Assembly: GCA_015680685.1 (NCBI GenBank) | Contig: MNCI01002242.1 | Span: 377,205-441,204, forward strand | DNA from: Gnetum montanum | Taxonomy: Eukaryota > Plantae > Gnetophyta | Reading direction: 5' to 3' | Length of the DNA stretch: 64,000 nt | Shown here: one piece after another, positions 62,372 to 64,000 of the stretch | Layout of the letters: every line of letters begins with the position of its first letter | How positions within the stretch are numbered: the stretch's first letter is position 1 | Translations under genes and position numbers: made by a program | The notes under the pieces: generated by a model | Told to the model about the DNA's origin: nothing | Databases searched by the model: none | Seen by the model: the letters and a program-made list of their open reading frames with translations, nothing else

Positions 62372-63569
62372 TATCCAACATAGACATGCCCAAGCCTCCA
62401 ATGCCAAAGTCTTGTAGCATCAAAATCTTGATGAACTTGGATCTTCTTTTCTTGAGTGGACAGCTTTAAGGCTGTAGACTTGATTTTCCATCATGGGGAT
62501 TTTGGCAATTATGCCATACACATTTGAGATAATACATTCATTATTTTCAAACACAACTCTATTACCCCTCCCCGACATTTGACCAATAGACAACAAGGGA
62601 TTTGATAATTGAGGGACATACAAACCATCATGAACAAGAATGGTAGTGCCATTGTCAAGAGCAATTAGGCATCTACCTACACCTTTAATTTTACAAAATG
62701 TCCTATTGCTAACTTTAATTGACCTAAGGTTAGAAGACTTAACATAATTAACAAAACATTCTTTGTTTGGGGTCATGTGGTTGGAACAACCACTATCTAT
62801 AAGCCAATTGTGAGAATTGATTTGCTTGGAAGAAAAAAGAGAAATAAAATTAGTCTTTATACCGTCAGCTAGTTCTTTAGCTTTTTTGTGTGCTTGAGAA
62901 GAGGACTTTCATTATGCTTGTGAATTGTCTTAAATAGAGGAGTTCTAAGTTCCATGTTTGCTCTAGCACCTATCTTCTGTGTCTTCTTTTGTTGCAATAC
63001 TTCTACAGTAGCTGGTCTCTTCTTTGGAAGTTTGATCTTCCTCTTCTTCTGGATCTGACTCTACCTCTACCTTTGCCTCTGGAGTTCTGAAAATTCTGAG
63101 AATTTTGGCTGCGTGTTACATCAATTTGGAAGGCATTCCTTCCTTTGCCTCTACCTCTTCTATCTCTAACACTTTGGGAATTTTGAGCAACATAGGCATG
63201 ATCATTTTGGGACTTTGAGGACTTACATTCTTCTAGGGCTCTAAGGCTTGACACCAGTTCATTAATAGTGTCAGTGGATAGTTCTTTAGTTTGGACTATG
63301 GTAACTACAAAGTTTTGGTACCTATAGTCATCATACAAGACTTGAATAACCTTTTGAACTTTTTACCTCATAGAGTAATTACATTGATATTCATCTAAAT
63401 TTCTTAACATAATGAACAATCTATCAAGGAAATGATTCATCTTCAAATTATCAAATTTTGATTTGAGTTTAAGCTCCTTGAGCTATTGGTTTGCCATATC
63501 TCTCTTGAATTCTTCTTGCAATGCCTCCCAACATTGCTTGGATGTCTCCTTGATGATGATCCTAGCACC

Positions 63570-64000
63570 AATAGACTTAGGCCCAAATGTGCAAATAATC
63601 ATTTTAGCAAGGGAGTCTTGCTTTTAGGTGGTCTCACAATCCTTCTTTTCTTGCCTTGACAAAGCTTCAATGTTAGTGGGGACATCAAAATCCTATTCTA
63701 CATATTTCCACACCTCATTGATTTGCAATAATGACTTTATAAGATGACTCCAAAATGCGAAGTCTTGAAAACCACTGAAAGTCAAGCTACATCTAGGAAT
63801 TTTGTTACACTAATAGACTTGGGCAAAAATGTGCAAATAATCATTTTACAAAGGGAGTTGTAGGTGGTCTCACAATCCTTCTTTTCTTGTCTTGACAAAG
63901 CTTCACTGTTAGTGGGGACATCAAAATCATTTTCTACATATTTCCACACCTCATTGATTTGCAATAATGACTTTATAAGATGACTCCAAAATGTGAAGTC
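63570..64000. repeat. tandem duplication (about 242-bp unit) of the copia gag N-terminus
   Basis: AATAGACTT...CACACCTCATTGATTTGCAATAATGAC repeated from 63570 and 63812; the second copy runs off the window. Confidence 0.9.

Larger units (their letters stand above)
58267..64000 (-). mobile_element. Ty1/copia LTR retrotransposon, degenerate, 5' end outside window
   Basis: gag; protease WLIDSGCSNHMT; LWHWRLGH; integrase; RT YQMDANLAFLNGTLEEEVY; RNase H YSDADW, QVADLFTKSL; PPT at 59175-59186. Confidence 0.95.

Overview
This is plant nuclear DNA, mostly decayed and nested transposable elements. Many in-frame stops look like C>T changes (CAG>TAG, CGA>TGA), as expected for heavily methylated DNA. 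From 1 to 43.6 kb it holds three Athila-like Ty3/gypsy elements: a 5'-truncated copy, a gag-protease-only copy with target-site duplication (TSD) CTTAA, and a full-length 12.5 kb copy with an env-like extra ORF and TSD AATAT. The same stretch has two solo LTRs of that family, two nested CRM-like gypsy remnants, and a CpG-rich island containing an LRR gene fragment. An F-box (probably F-box/WD40) host gene starts at 44751. Its second intron appears to run past the window end and holds three L1-type LINE copies, a Tourist-like MITE, a hairpin and a Ty1/copia element. The main finding concerns the LINEs. After the zf-RVT zinc finger, ORF2 continues in frame, not into RNase H, but into a domain resembling LTR-retrotransposon extra (env-like) ORFs, then a coiled coil. 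Two copies end in a DnaJ/J-domain whose HPD motif can be reconstructed from HLD in one copy and HPN in the other. All family assignments are by eye from motifs; no database search was run.
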